A stretch of DNA of 64,000 nucleotides, taken from the NCBI GenBank assembly GCA_027036135.1, contig JALVSY010000007.1, forward strand, positions 4,880 through 68,879, in the 5' to 3' direction. The position numbers were made by a program, and so were the translations under genes. Positions 42,184 through 50,975 of the stretch are shown here, piece after piece. The first letter of the stretch is position 1, and each line of letters opens with the position of its first letter. This DNA comes from Pyrodictiaceae archaeon (GTDB taxonomy: Archaea > Thermoproteota > Thermoprotei_A > Sulfolobales > Pyrodictiaceae). The notes below the pieces were generated by a model. That model ran no database searches, was not told the DNA's origin, and saw only the letters and a list, made by a program, of their open reading frames with translations.

Positions 42184-42462
42184 CCCCGAGTAGTCTTCTT
42201 CCCCGCCGCATAGTTGCTTTGCTAGCCCTGCTCCCTCCCTGGTGAGCCCGTAGCTCCTCCTCCCAGGGCCATGGCTCTTTTCCCAGGCAAGGCCCATCGC
42301 TACTAGTCTTCTCAGCGCCTTTGGGGCTAGGTCTCTCTTTTCTCTCGGAAGCTTATGTGCTACTGCCTCTAGGGGGACGTGGCAGCTGGTTGAGGAGCCG
42401 CAGTATGATTGGAGTATGCACAGTATTCGTAGGAGCTGCCTCCATGTGGGCTTTGGCACCAC
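42154..42462 (-). CDS. Small Cys-containing winged-helix protein (copy 2)
   Basis: YCGSSTSCHVPLEAV...LVAMGL..KSHG...YGLTREG; GGAGG RBS. Confidence 0.75.
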   Translation of the reverse strand: MVPKPTWRQLLRILCILQSYCGSSTSCHVPLEAVAHKLPREKRDLAPKALRRLVAMGLAWEKSHGPGRRSYGLTREGAGLAKQLCGGEEDYSGSASHASSPL

Positions 42463-42476
42463 CTCCTTCTCCCTGA

Positions 42477-42519
42477 TTCAGACTGAACCACAATGACATT
42501 TTAAACGTTCAGACTGAAC
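42477..42519. promoter_or_regulatory. Twin palindromic operator TTCAGACTGAA in divergent promoter
   Basis: Copies at 42477 and 42508, interleaved with TTTTAAA and TTTATATA boxes. Confidence 0.65.
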
Positions 42520-42550
42520 ATTTATATACCTGTGGTCACCCAAATAATCA

Positions 42551-43042
42551 TTGGTGACAATTGTGGAGACGCTGAGCGTTGAGGAGAGGGAGAGGCTCAT
42601 AGAGGAGCTACGCCGAGAGGCCAGGCCGGAGCCACTGAGGTGGAGGCTCTTCCTAGCGGAGGCTATGAGGACCCGTATGAGGAAGAGGCTGAAGAGCGGC
42701 GAGACCCGGGTCTACGAGGGCTACCGAGTAACCATACCCCTGGAGCTCGCCAAGGAGCTAGGCCTAGACCAGGACCCCGAGCTAGTAGTAGCAATAGCTA
42801 AGCCCAGATGGTACCACGGCATAATCTACGAGGATGCTACCCTCAAGCTCTTCCACAAACTCCCCCCATACGCTAAGGCGGAGATATGCCAACTGGGCCT
42901 CGCTCCCCAAGACATGTGCAGAGAATACAGAACCATAACCGTGGTAGCTAGTGAGGAAGAGCTAAGGAGGCTAGGACTGGAGCCAGGCAAGCCCGTGACA
43001 CTCAGGGAGCTCCTCGAGAAAGCCAAGAACCTCGCAACCTGA
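42551..43042 (+). CDS. AbrB/MazE-like protein (copy 2)
   Basis: SGETRVYEGYRVTIPLELAKELGL, PRWYH and KAEICxLGLAPQDxC shared with copy 1. Confidence 0.78.
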   Translation: MVTIVETLSVEERERLIEELRREARPEPLRWRLFLAEAMRTRMRKRLKSGETRVYEGYRVTIPLELAKELGLDQDPELVVAIAKPRWYHGIIYEDATLKLFHKLPPYAKAEICQLGLAPQDMCREYRTITVVASEEELRRLGLEPGKPVTLRELLEKAKNLAT

Positions 43043-43375
43043 TCCCTCTCCGCAGCAAAGATATGCATTAGCCGAAGTAGTCGAGGAAGCTGCAACGCCT
43101 ACCCATGGCCCCTAGCCAGAGCCTCCGAAGAGCCCATAGCCCTTGGGCGCGTATTTCTCCATGTACCCTACATACCAGCTTATCCGGTTACCGCTGTTCC
43201 CGATACCACCCTTAGTGGCTAGGAGCATGCATGTAGAGCATACCCTCATTGAATCTCCACTGGTATAGAGGTGGGCCTCTTGTATCCCAGGGGTACACAA
43301 GGTAACACTTTCTCCTAGAAACAATGGATGCGATAACACCTAGGCACAGATAACGAGGTACCCTAGAGCCCCATG

Positions 43376-43390
43376 AATACAAAGAAATGC
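43376..43390 (-). terminator. U-rich tract at the 3' end of the candidate RNA
   Basis: Minus strand reads GCATTTCTTTGTATT immediately after the hairpin arm. Confidence 0.4.
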
Positions 43391-45305
43391 GGGAGGAGCC
43401 CACCCCTAACCACACAGAGAGACCCAAATCAAGCCCTGGAAGCCCCTCCCCAGGGAACCCCTTCTCTCGGGGAAGGCGGCCGGCCAACCCCGAGGGGCGG
43501 GCCCCCCGGGCCCGGAAAGAGAGCCACGCATCTGGGAACCCTTGTTCTCCCCCAAGCACCCAGAGAGACACGCCCCGGGAAACCAGGCGGCCACAGAGCC
43601 CCCGCCAGGCCAAGGAGCCCGGTTCCCAGCGCCGAAGAAGACACCAGGAGAGCCCCGAGCCCAGGGACACTGCCCAGGCCCCACGGGAAGAGACCCCTAA
43701 AGTAGGAGCCCGCCACAGCGGAGGCCAATGCCAGTCCCTAAGGCCCACCCTCTCCCACGGCACGGAGGGGCAGGCCCAGCAAGCCCTAGGAATCCCCGAG
43801 TCCCCCGGAGCACCCCAAGGAACCAGGGGCTACGGCGAACCAGCGGCCCCTGGGCCTCCCCGCGGCTAGAGCCCCAAGGCACCCTAGAAGGCACCAGGGA
43901 AGCGATGACCATCCCCAGCCGCCTCAGGGATGCGTGCCAACACCACCTCGGGCCCTGGGACATCTAGGCCAGCTGGCACAGCCCCAGCCCACGGGGTGGT
44001 AGCGGAGCAACCTCTCGTCGAAGATGCGCGTCCCATGGCCCCGGCCAAGGACCTCTACCCCAAGGCTTTCGCGGAGCCCTGGCAGCCTCCGCGATACGGC
44101 CTGGGCAGAGCCCCGTAGAGTCTCTCGGTGCCGCCAGAGACCCCCAGGGCCGAGACCTAGCGGCCCTGGAAACCTTGCTCCGTCGAGGAGAACCCCTCCC
44201 AAGCACTGCTGCCAAGAGGCGAACAGCTGTTATAAGCCCCTCATGCGGTTGCCGAAAAAGTCCCCGGCCCGAAGCGGCGCTCCCAAGGACCCGGCCCAGG
44301 AGGTGAATCCTCCCCGGGCACCCTCTAGGGATCCAAGGGGCTCTCCTATACACCGAGGCTCATGCGGCCTCGGCGGAGGCCCTCCGGGGTCCCTAGAGGG
44401 CTTGGTCCCTGAGGCGCCTTGGGCCAGGGGCTTTCGGCAACCGCGTACTAGTGGATTAGCTTCGGGGCCTAGCGCGGGAGGGTTCTCCTCAACGGAGCCG
44501 TGGCACATTGCTATCATATTATTGCCGGGAATCCCTGGTAGCACCGAGAGACTCCACAAGGCCCATGCCCAGGCCTCTAAGGCAGCGGGGGCTGCCGGGC
44601 CCTACTCGCCTTGGGGCAAGAGCCCTTGATCGGAGCCAGGGGCGCTTGTTCCTCGGCGAAGAGGTTGCTCCTCCCCCGGAGCCGGGGCTATGTCAGCCAG
44701 CCTGGTCTCGGGGCTTCGAGGGTGAGCTGACACGCGCCCCCTGAGACGGCGGGGATGGTCCCTGGGTGCCTCCTTGGGGTGCCCTGGAGCACCTAGCCGC
44801 AGAGGGAGACATAGAGGGCCTAGCTAGCCCGCCGTTAAGCCCCTGGTCCCTGGGGTGCTTTCCCGGGGGTCCTCGGAGGAATCCCTGGCTCGCTGGGCCC
44901 CCTTGGTTCCTCCGCGCCGTGGGATGCTGATTGGTGGGCTTGGGCCCGGCTTGGTCTCCATGCCGTGGCGGGTCCCGGTGCCCTCCCCGCGGAGGCCTCT
45001 CTTGGTTCCTGGGTCTCGGGGCTCTCCTGGTGCTCTCGGCGCTGGCTAGGCACTGTGCTCCCTGGCCTAGCAAGGGCCTGTAACCAACCTGGTTTTCCTC
45101 GGAGCGCGTCTCTCTGGGTGCATCACCCCCGTGCGTGGCTCTCTTTGAGGATCCTCAGGGCCCACCCTCCCCGCGGGACTCTTCCTTCCCCGAGAGGGGG
45201 TCCCGGGGCGGGCGGGGTCCAGGGCTCCCTGCTCCCAGGAGGCAGGCTGGCTCCTCCTGGGAGAGGGGCTGTGTGGCTAGGGGTGGGCTCCCCTTTAGGC
45301 CTCCT
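43391..45305 (-). ncRNA. Candidate ~1.9 kb rod-like structured non-coding RNA (giant imperfect inverted repeat)
   Basis: 43395-44359 aligns colinearly with the reverse complement of 44367-45291. GC-rich, no credible ORF, and mismatches mostly G.U on the minus strand. Confidence 0.65.
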
Positions 45306-45319
45306 TTCTACTGTTTTGA

Positions 45320-45340
45320 TAGTGCTTTAAGAGTTAGGGG
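45320..45340 (-). promoter_or_regulatory. TATA-like box for the candidate RNA
   Basis: Minus-strand CTTAAAG (45325-45331), about 25 nt upstream of the hairpin's 5' arm. Confidence 0.45.
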
Positions 45341-45506
45341 GTATGAGGAGTGCTGGGTTCTCTCGCGGTTTCTTGGTGCGCGACGTGCCCGGTGGTGTAG
45401 GGGTGGTGCGGGGAGAAGGAGTGCTATGTACGGAGGGGCTTCGGGGCGCGGTGTTGCTTCCTGGTTCGAGGGGAGCATTGTTTCCCTGTCTTGGCTCCCC
45501 GTGGGG

Positions 45507-45896
45507 CTAGGTGAGGGCTTTTCCTGTCTCCTGCCTCATGTGCGGGGGTGCTCCGTCGTGGCCGTCTAGGTGTCTGCGTAGATAATCTGCTACCTCTTTT
45601 ACCTCGTCTAGGCTCACTGTGAAGAAGTACTTGTTCTCGATGTAGAGCGTGGCGGCCTCGCGAGTAGTGTCTACTAGTTGGTCTAGGCACTCGTCGCTCT
45701 CTAGGCACTCCTTTATAGCTTCCAGGCCTAGCTCGGAGGCCACGAAGCTATAGGTCTCCATCACTGCTAGCTCCATGCCCACGAGTGCTAGGAGTTCCTC
45801 CCCCAGCTCCTCTTCCTCGACGCAGAGGTCCCCAGCCTCCCTGCACACTAGGCTCGCTACTAGCCTCGGCGAGTACCTACCCAGTGGCTCCACCAT
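45507..45896 (-). CDS. Acidic hypothetical protein, paralog of 28116-28496
   Basis: Shared Cys/Glu motifs; co-oriented upstream of the candidate RNA. Confidence 0.75.
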   Translation of the reverse strand: MVEPLGRYSPRLVASLVCREAGDLCVEEEELGEELLALVGMELAVMETYSFVASELGLEAIKECLESDECLDQLVDTTREAATLYIENKYFFTVSLDEVKEVADYLRRHLDGHDGAPPHMRQETGKALT

Positions 45897-46220
45897 ACCC
45901 GGTTACACCCTCTGGAGTAGCCGCTCCCCAGGTAATACTTCTCGTAGTGCTATGTGATACGGTTTCTGGTTCGCTTCCCTATACACTACTCTACTTTATT
46001 GTTTGCCACGCCCCTACCAAGGACATCACCCAGAAGCACTCATCAACCCGAATCCAGGCACTATGCCCGGGTTTACGCCATGCAGAGATACTTCCTAACC
46101 ACGTATTTACTCCATGCACAGAGCCGTAGATGTCTCAGCGTCTCTGAAGACGTCGTCTCCTAGGACGAAAACCATTCATAAATGTGCTTGTTGGGTTCTC
46201 TAAGGGCTGGTTTTTCTCTC

Positions 46221-46664
46221 CTAGCGTATGAGTAGGTTGCTTGTGTCTAGGCCCTTTGTCTCTAGGAACTCTACTAGTTTCCTATCGCGTGTGACTAGGA
46301 TCGCGTCTTCGTGGAGGGCTGTAGCGTAGAGTATACAGTCAAAGATATCGGGGTGCCCAAGTGCCTTCAGCTTAATCGCGGTCTTGATGTGCTCTATACG
46401 GGGCTGTATAAGCCCCACATCAACTTCTAGGAGTAATGCGATCAAGGCCTCGGACGCGGGCTCGGGTACCTCGCGGAGCCCTTGCTTCATCATCTCCTTT
46501 GCTATCTTTGCTGCGAGTTCGGGTAGGAGCAGGATAGGGTAATAGATATCTGCGCCTAGCTCTTCTCTTAGCCTGGCTACGTCCCTGGCTTCTAGTCCTT
46601 GTACCTTTATACCGAAGAATGGTAAAAGATAAGTGGTATCGATAACGGCCTTTCTTCTCTGCAA
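46221..46664 (-). CDS. vapC: VapC PIN toxin
   Basis: VIDTTYL, HPDIFDCILYATA and VTRD. Confidence 0.9.
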   Translation of the reverse strand: MQRRKAVIDTTYLLPFFGIKVQGLEARDVARLREELGADIYYPILLLPELAAKIAKEMMKQGLREVPEPASEALIALLLEVDVGLIQPRIEHIKTAIKLKALGHPDIFDCILYATALHEDAILVTRDRKLVEFLETKGLDTSNLLIR

Positions 46665-46667
46665 GGC

Positions 46668-46904
46668 CTACTGGTCCTCCTCGCTTATCCTGGTAAGTTC
46701 CTCGCTCTCCTCCTCGAACTCCTCCACGGTTGTCTCAGCCCAGTAGCTCCTCTCCTTGAATAGGCGGGGGAGGGGGCGAAGCACTAGCTCGTTTCCACGG
46801 ATGCTAAGTAATAGTCTGTCGCCTTCGCGTAGCCCTAATTTCTCAACAATCTCCTTTGGGAGATAAAGCGCATATTTCCGGCCAACCCGGATAACCAGGC
46901 TCAA
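46668..46904 (-). CDS. AbrB/MazE antitoxin
   Basis: RVGRKYALYLPKEIVEKLGLREGD. Confidence 0.9.
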   Translation of the reverse strand: MSLVIRVGRKYALYLPKEIVEKLGLREGDRLLLSIRGNELVLRPLPRLFKERSYWAETTVEEFEEESEELTRISEEDQ

Positions 46905-47117
46905 CCCGGCAGCCCAACTAGTTACCTAGTAGACAAGGATACAGATATACTATGTTGCGCACTCGGAAACTAGTACGCGAAATGCACGAATAAGTCACGA
47001 GCAATTAACTAGAGGTAAGGAATAGAGACGCCTCAAGCCAATACAGCTTGCAGCCCAGGAGGCCTTGTAATTAACCGTGGTTTATATTGTATAGATTACC
47101 GGGGTGCTGGGTTCTCC

Positions 47118-48149
47118 TTGACTAAGCCTAGGCCCGGTGTCCTCGAGTCCCTGTTCACCCTGCTCAGTTCGCGGGACCCGAGCGTGGTTGTTGGCCCGGG
47201 TATCGGGGAGGATGCCGCGGTCATAGAGCTTGACGAGGCCCGTGTCCTTGTTACCCACGTTGACCCGGTTACCGGGGCCTCCAGGCTCCTCGGATGGCTG
47301 GGAGTCCATGTAGCCGCTAACGATGTCGCTGCTACTGGTGCTCGTCCCCGCTGGCTCCTCGTAACCCTGCTGGTGCCTAGCGGCTCGGGCCCCGAGGCAA
47401 TAGAGGCTGTTATGCGTGACGCGGCCCGCGCAGCCAGGGAGCTCGGGGCAAGCATTGTCGGTGGCCACACGGAGTACGCTCCTGGGGTGGAGAAGCCAGT
47501 GATAGTCGTGACAGCCATTGGTGTAGCGGGGAGGGACTCCTTTGTAGCGACGCGTGGCGCGAGGCCCGGTGACGCAGTGGTACTGACCAAGTACGCAGCG
47601 ATGGAGGCAGCCGCTGTGCTCGCGACTGATTACGCAGAGGAGCTCCGGAGAAGGGGAGTCGGCGAGGAGGTGCTACGGGAAGCTGCTAGGCTACAGGAGA
47701 TGGTGAGCGTGGTGCCGGAGGCACTACTACTCTCTGAGAGCAAGCTAGCAAGCTCTATGCATGACCCGACCGAGGGAGGAGTACTCGGGGGCGCAGCAGA
47801 GATAGCCTATGCCTCGGGGACCACGATAAGGCTCTATGAGGAAAAGATACCCCTGCACCCAGCCGCCAAGGAAGTCCTAGAGGCGATGAGTCTGGACCCG
47901 CTGCGCTCCCTTAGCTCCGGGGCACTCCTAGCAACAATTCCGCGGGCAAAGCTAGGAGAAGCCCTCATGAGGCTAGAGGATATCGGGGTAAGAGCCACAG
48001 TCATAGGCGAGGTGATAGAGTACAACGGTTACCTAGTAGAGCTGCACCGTGTCAACGGCGTAGTTGAGACCCTGGAGGAGCCCTATGTAGAGGACGAGGT
48101 CATGAAGCTCTGGGAGAAGAGAGGTGGGCAAGAAGATAAGGCTAAGTAG
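47118..48149 (+). CDS. AIR synthase-related (HypE/ThiL-like) protein
   Basis: GPGIGEDAA, ANDVA, GGHTE and MHDPTEGG. Confidence 0.9.
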   Translation: MTKPRPGVLESLFTLLSSRDPSVVVGPGIGEDAAVIELDEARVLVTHVDPVTGASRLLGWLGVHVAANDVAATGARPRWLLVTLLVPSGSGPEAIEAVMRDAARAARELGASIVGGHTEYAPGVEKPVIVVTAIGVAGRDSFVATRGARPGDAVVLTKYAAMEAAAVLATDYAEELRRRGVGEEVLREAARLQEMVSVVPEALLLSESKLASSMHDPTEGGVLGGAAEIAYASGTTIRLYEEKIPLHPAAKEVLEAMSLDPLRSLSSGALLATIPRAKLGEALMRLEDIGVRATVIGEVIEYNGYLVELHRVNGVVETLEEPYVEDEVMKLWEKRGGQEDKAK

Positions 48150-48384
48150 CCCGATAAACACGATATATCAATCGAGCAGGGGCAGCGACTAGTAGGGATC
48201 ACGGTGCTAGGGATTGTAAGCGATTACTGAAGCCCCCTAGGCTAAAGTAACTCTATTCGAATCTCAGCGTTAATTTCTCGGACAAGCCTCTTAATTAACA
48301 TGAGACTAGGATAGCTTTGCCTACACCTCTCTTAACCAGGTACTCGGAGAAGCGGATTCTTACCAGGAAGAGAACTATGGGGAT

Positions 48385-49050
48385 CTAGGTGCTTAGCTTC
48401 TCTACTAGTTCTTGTAGTTTTTTCTTCGCGTTTCCTAGTACTGGGTCTCCGTGGCTTGGTAGGAGGTGCTTGAAGCTGTAGCCTAGTAGGCTTCTTATCG
48501 ACTCCCTGTTCCTATCGGGGTCCATGGAGTAGTGCCTGGGGATTTCGTGGAGTTCTCCGTTCTTCTCGTATACGAGGTCTCCGGTGAACAATGCCTCTCT
48601 CCCGGGGTCTAGTAGCGCTATGTGGCCGGGTGTGTGCCCCGGGGTGTGTATCACTAGTAGACCCTTGACCGTGGAGTTGTGCTCGAGGAGGATATCTGGC
48701 CTGATACCCGTTGCTCTCTCGATGAGCGGTGCCTCGTCGCGATGAGCTGCTACTCGTGCCCCAGTGGCTTCTCTTATCCTCTGGAGCCCGTCTACGTGGT
48801 CGTAGTGGTGATGAGTAATGATTACCAGCTCTACGCTGCTCGGGCTAATCCCTGTTCTCTCGAGGTATCTTAGCACGGGGTCACCGTTGATACCGGCATC
48901 TATTAGTACGAGGGAGCCCTGTGTCTCCACGAGATAGGTGTTCACGAACTCGTCTCTAACAAGGTGGACTCCGGGAAGGACTTGCACACCAAGACCCCCG
49001 GCAAGGAATAAAGATGAGTAGTCCCTTGTCTCTTCTTCGCCGCTTCTCAT
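48385..49050 (-). CDS. MBL-fold metallo-hydrolase
   Basis: THHHYDHVDG, HTPGHTPGH, TGD and PSHG. Confidence 0.92.
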   Translation of the reverse strand: MRSGEEETRDYSSLFLAGGLGVQVLPGVHLVRDEFVNTYLVETQGSLVLIDAGINGDPVLRYLERTGISPSSVELVIITHHHYDHVDGLQRIREATGARVAAHRDEAPLIERATGIRPDILLEHNSTVKGLLVIHTPGHTPGHIALLDPGREALFTGDLVYEKNGELHEIPRHYSMDPDRNRESIRSLLGYSFKHLLPSHGDPVLGNAKKKLQELVEKLST

Positions 49051-50054
49051 TGCCCCGGGTTTTGTATCATTGTCTCTATTGTTGCTTTTCTTCCCTCTAG
49101 CTTGCCTCTTCCCTCTAGGCGGAGCACTGCTCTGTCTCCCTGCCTCTCTACGTAGAGGTCTACTACGCGTATTGGCTCGTGGCCTAGTTCTCGTAGCCTC
49201 TCTACGCCGCGGTACTGTGGCTTGGCGAGCGCCGCTGCCACTGCTACTACTTCGTAGCCGTTCTCCTCGAGTAGCTTTGTTAGTGCTATAGCGGTGCCCC
49301 CGGTCGAGACAGTGTCGTCAACTATCGCTATCCTCTTATATTTCTCTGTGAGCCCGTATACATGGTATTCTCCCTCCTCGTAGCCCGAGGCATAGCTAGC
49401 TACTAGTCCCGGGGCCTCGTATCTCCTCTTGCGCACAATTATCATTGGTGCTACTAGTTGCTGTGCTACCAGGGTTCCTAGGGGTAGGCCTAGGGCCTCG
49501 GGTACTAGTACTGCGTCTGGCTCTAGGGGCTCTAGCTCCTCTGCCAAGTAGTCTGCAAGGAGTTGTAGGAGGAGGGGCTCTATTACCGGTATGTCATCGG
49601 TTACTGGGTTAATTACGTAGAGGTACTCGCTTAGCCCAGCATACCCCTTCCTCGGCACCACGACGGCTTCCTGGAACGCCTTGACTAGGAGGCGCCATAG
49701 CTCCTCGTCTCGTGCATCGGCCACGGGGTTGTGGAAGCACCTCTTAGCACCGGTGTGGCAGACGGGGCCGCTGGGCAATCCCTCGTAGATCAGGGCGTCT
49801 AGGTCGCAGTCAGCTATGACGCGTAGCACCCGTATCTTGTTCCCGCTCGTCTCCCCCTTCATCCATAGCCTTTTCCTGCTCCGTGAATAGAACCATGCAT
49901 AGCCGGTCTCTAGGGTTTTCTTCACGGCTTCGCGGTTAGCGTAGGCCTGCATGAGGGGCTTCTTGGAGACAGCGTCCACGACTACTACGGGTACTAGGCC
50001 CCCCATCTTCCCATAGTCTATCTCGTCGGGGCTCCTTATCTCCCTCAGGGCCAT
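49047..50054 (-). CDS. hisI: Phosphoribosyl-AMP cyclohydrolase fused to a type I phosphoribosyltransferase
   Basis: YSRSR..LWMKGETSGN, DCDLD and CHTG; C-terminal IVDDTVSTGGT PRPP loop. Confidence 0.9.
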   Translation of the reverse strand: MALREIRSPDEIDYGKMGGLVPVVVVDAVSKKPLMQAYANREAVKKTLETGYAWFYSRSRKRLWMKGETSGNKIRVLRVIADCDLDALIYEGLPSGPVCHTGAKRCFHNPVADARDEELWRLLVKAFQEAVVVPRKGYAGLSEYLYVINPVTDDIPVIEPLLLQLLADYLAEELEPLEPDAVLVPEALGLPLGTLVAQQLVAPMIIVRKRRYEAPGLVASYASGYEEGEYHVYGLTEKYKRIAIVDDTVSTGGTAIALTKLLEENGYEVVAVAAALAKPQYRGVERLRELGHEPIRVVDLYVERQGDRAVLRLEGRGKLEGRKATIETMIQNPGQ

Positions 50055-50064
50055 GACGCCTGGT

Positions 50065-50670
50065 TCACCTCTTTACGAGCCTAACGAAGTTGCCTAGGAC
50101 GCGGGAGCCGTGCCTACCGCTCCTCTCGGGGTGAAACTGTGTACCATAGAGGGGTGGCTCCTCGACCACGGCTGCGAAGTCCTCGCCATAACTAGCTATG
50201 GCGCGGACCCATGGTGCCTCGGTGTTCTTGTAGGCGTAGCTGTGCACGAAGTACATATAGGTGTTATCAGGTACTCCTTCCAGTAGCTCGCTCTCCCCGG
50301 TTATCCTTATCCGTGTCCAGCCTATATGGGGCAGCTTGGGCGCCTCGAGTCTCTCTACTCTGCCCCTTAGTAGTCCTAGGCCTTTGCCGCCTTCCTCGCT
50401 CTCCTCGAAGAAGAGCTGCATCCCGAGACAAATCCCGAGGACGGGCACCCCGTTCTCGAGCAACTTGGCTAGCTCTTCTCGCTCCCCGAGTATTCTCCGC
50501 GAGGCGGCGGGGTAGGCGCCCACGCCGGGGAAGACGAGTGCATCGATATTACTCCTCGCCGCCTCTCCTAGGCTGCTAACCACTACTGGGCTAGCTCCCT
50601 GCCTCTCCAGCCCTGCTCTCACACTATAGATGTTGCCGACACCATACTTGACAATAGCTATCCTCGTCAC
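50065..50670 (-). CDS. hisH: IGP synthase glutaminase subunit
   Basis: PGVG, GICLGMQ, YFVHSY and QFHPE. Confidence 0.95.
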   Translation of the reverse strand: MTRIAIVKYGVGNIYSVRAGLERQGASPVVVSSLGEAARSNIDALVFPGVGAYPAASRRILGEREELAKLLENGVPVLGICLGMQLFFEESEEGGKGLGLLRGRVERLEAPKLPHIGWTRIRITGESELLEGVPDNTYMYFVHSYAYKNTEAPWVRAIASYGEDFAAVVEEPPLYGTQFHPERSGRHGSRVLGNFVRLVKR

Positions 50671-50963
50671 TTCCTCCCCCTCCTACGCCTCTCCAGCTCC
50701 TCTGCCACGTCGCGAGTACTAACACCGCTCATTGCTAGGAGAACTACGAGGTGATAGAGAAGGTCAGCGGCCTCCCTTACAACGCCCTCCCTATTACCCT
50801 GGAGAGCCTCGACCATTGTCTCCACGGCTTCCTCGCCTAGCTTGCGCGCAGCATAGCCTATGCCTCGCCTCGCTATCTCAGCGGTGTAGCTCTTCTCGGG
50901 CATCTCCCTGAGCCTCTCCAAGACCAGCTCGTATAGCTCGTCTAGGAACCCGAGACCCGTCAA
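50667..50963 (-). CDS. hisE: Phosphoribosyl-ATP pyrophosphatase
   Basis: SYTA, KLGEEAVE and EAADLLYH. Confidence 0.95.
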   Translation of the reverse strand: MTGLGFLDELYELVLERLREMPEKSYTAEIARRGIGYAARKLGEEAVETMVEALQGNREGVVREAADLLYHLVVLLAMSGVSTRDVAEELERRRRGRK

Positions 50964-50975
50964 GCCCCTCTCCCC

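Noticed and set aside
43391-45305. rRNA, RNase P or SRP RNA as the explanation for the GC-rich island
   Set aside because: No universal 16S/23S motifs recognised, the length is wrong for RNase P or SRP, and a single end-to-end fold-back fits none of them.
43212-45708. Many overlapping 60-200 aa ORFs on both strands
   Set aside because: P/G/R-rich shadow ORFs from GC-rich, stop-poor sequence. Their mutual similarity reflects the inverted repeat, not coding.
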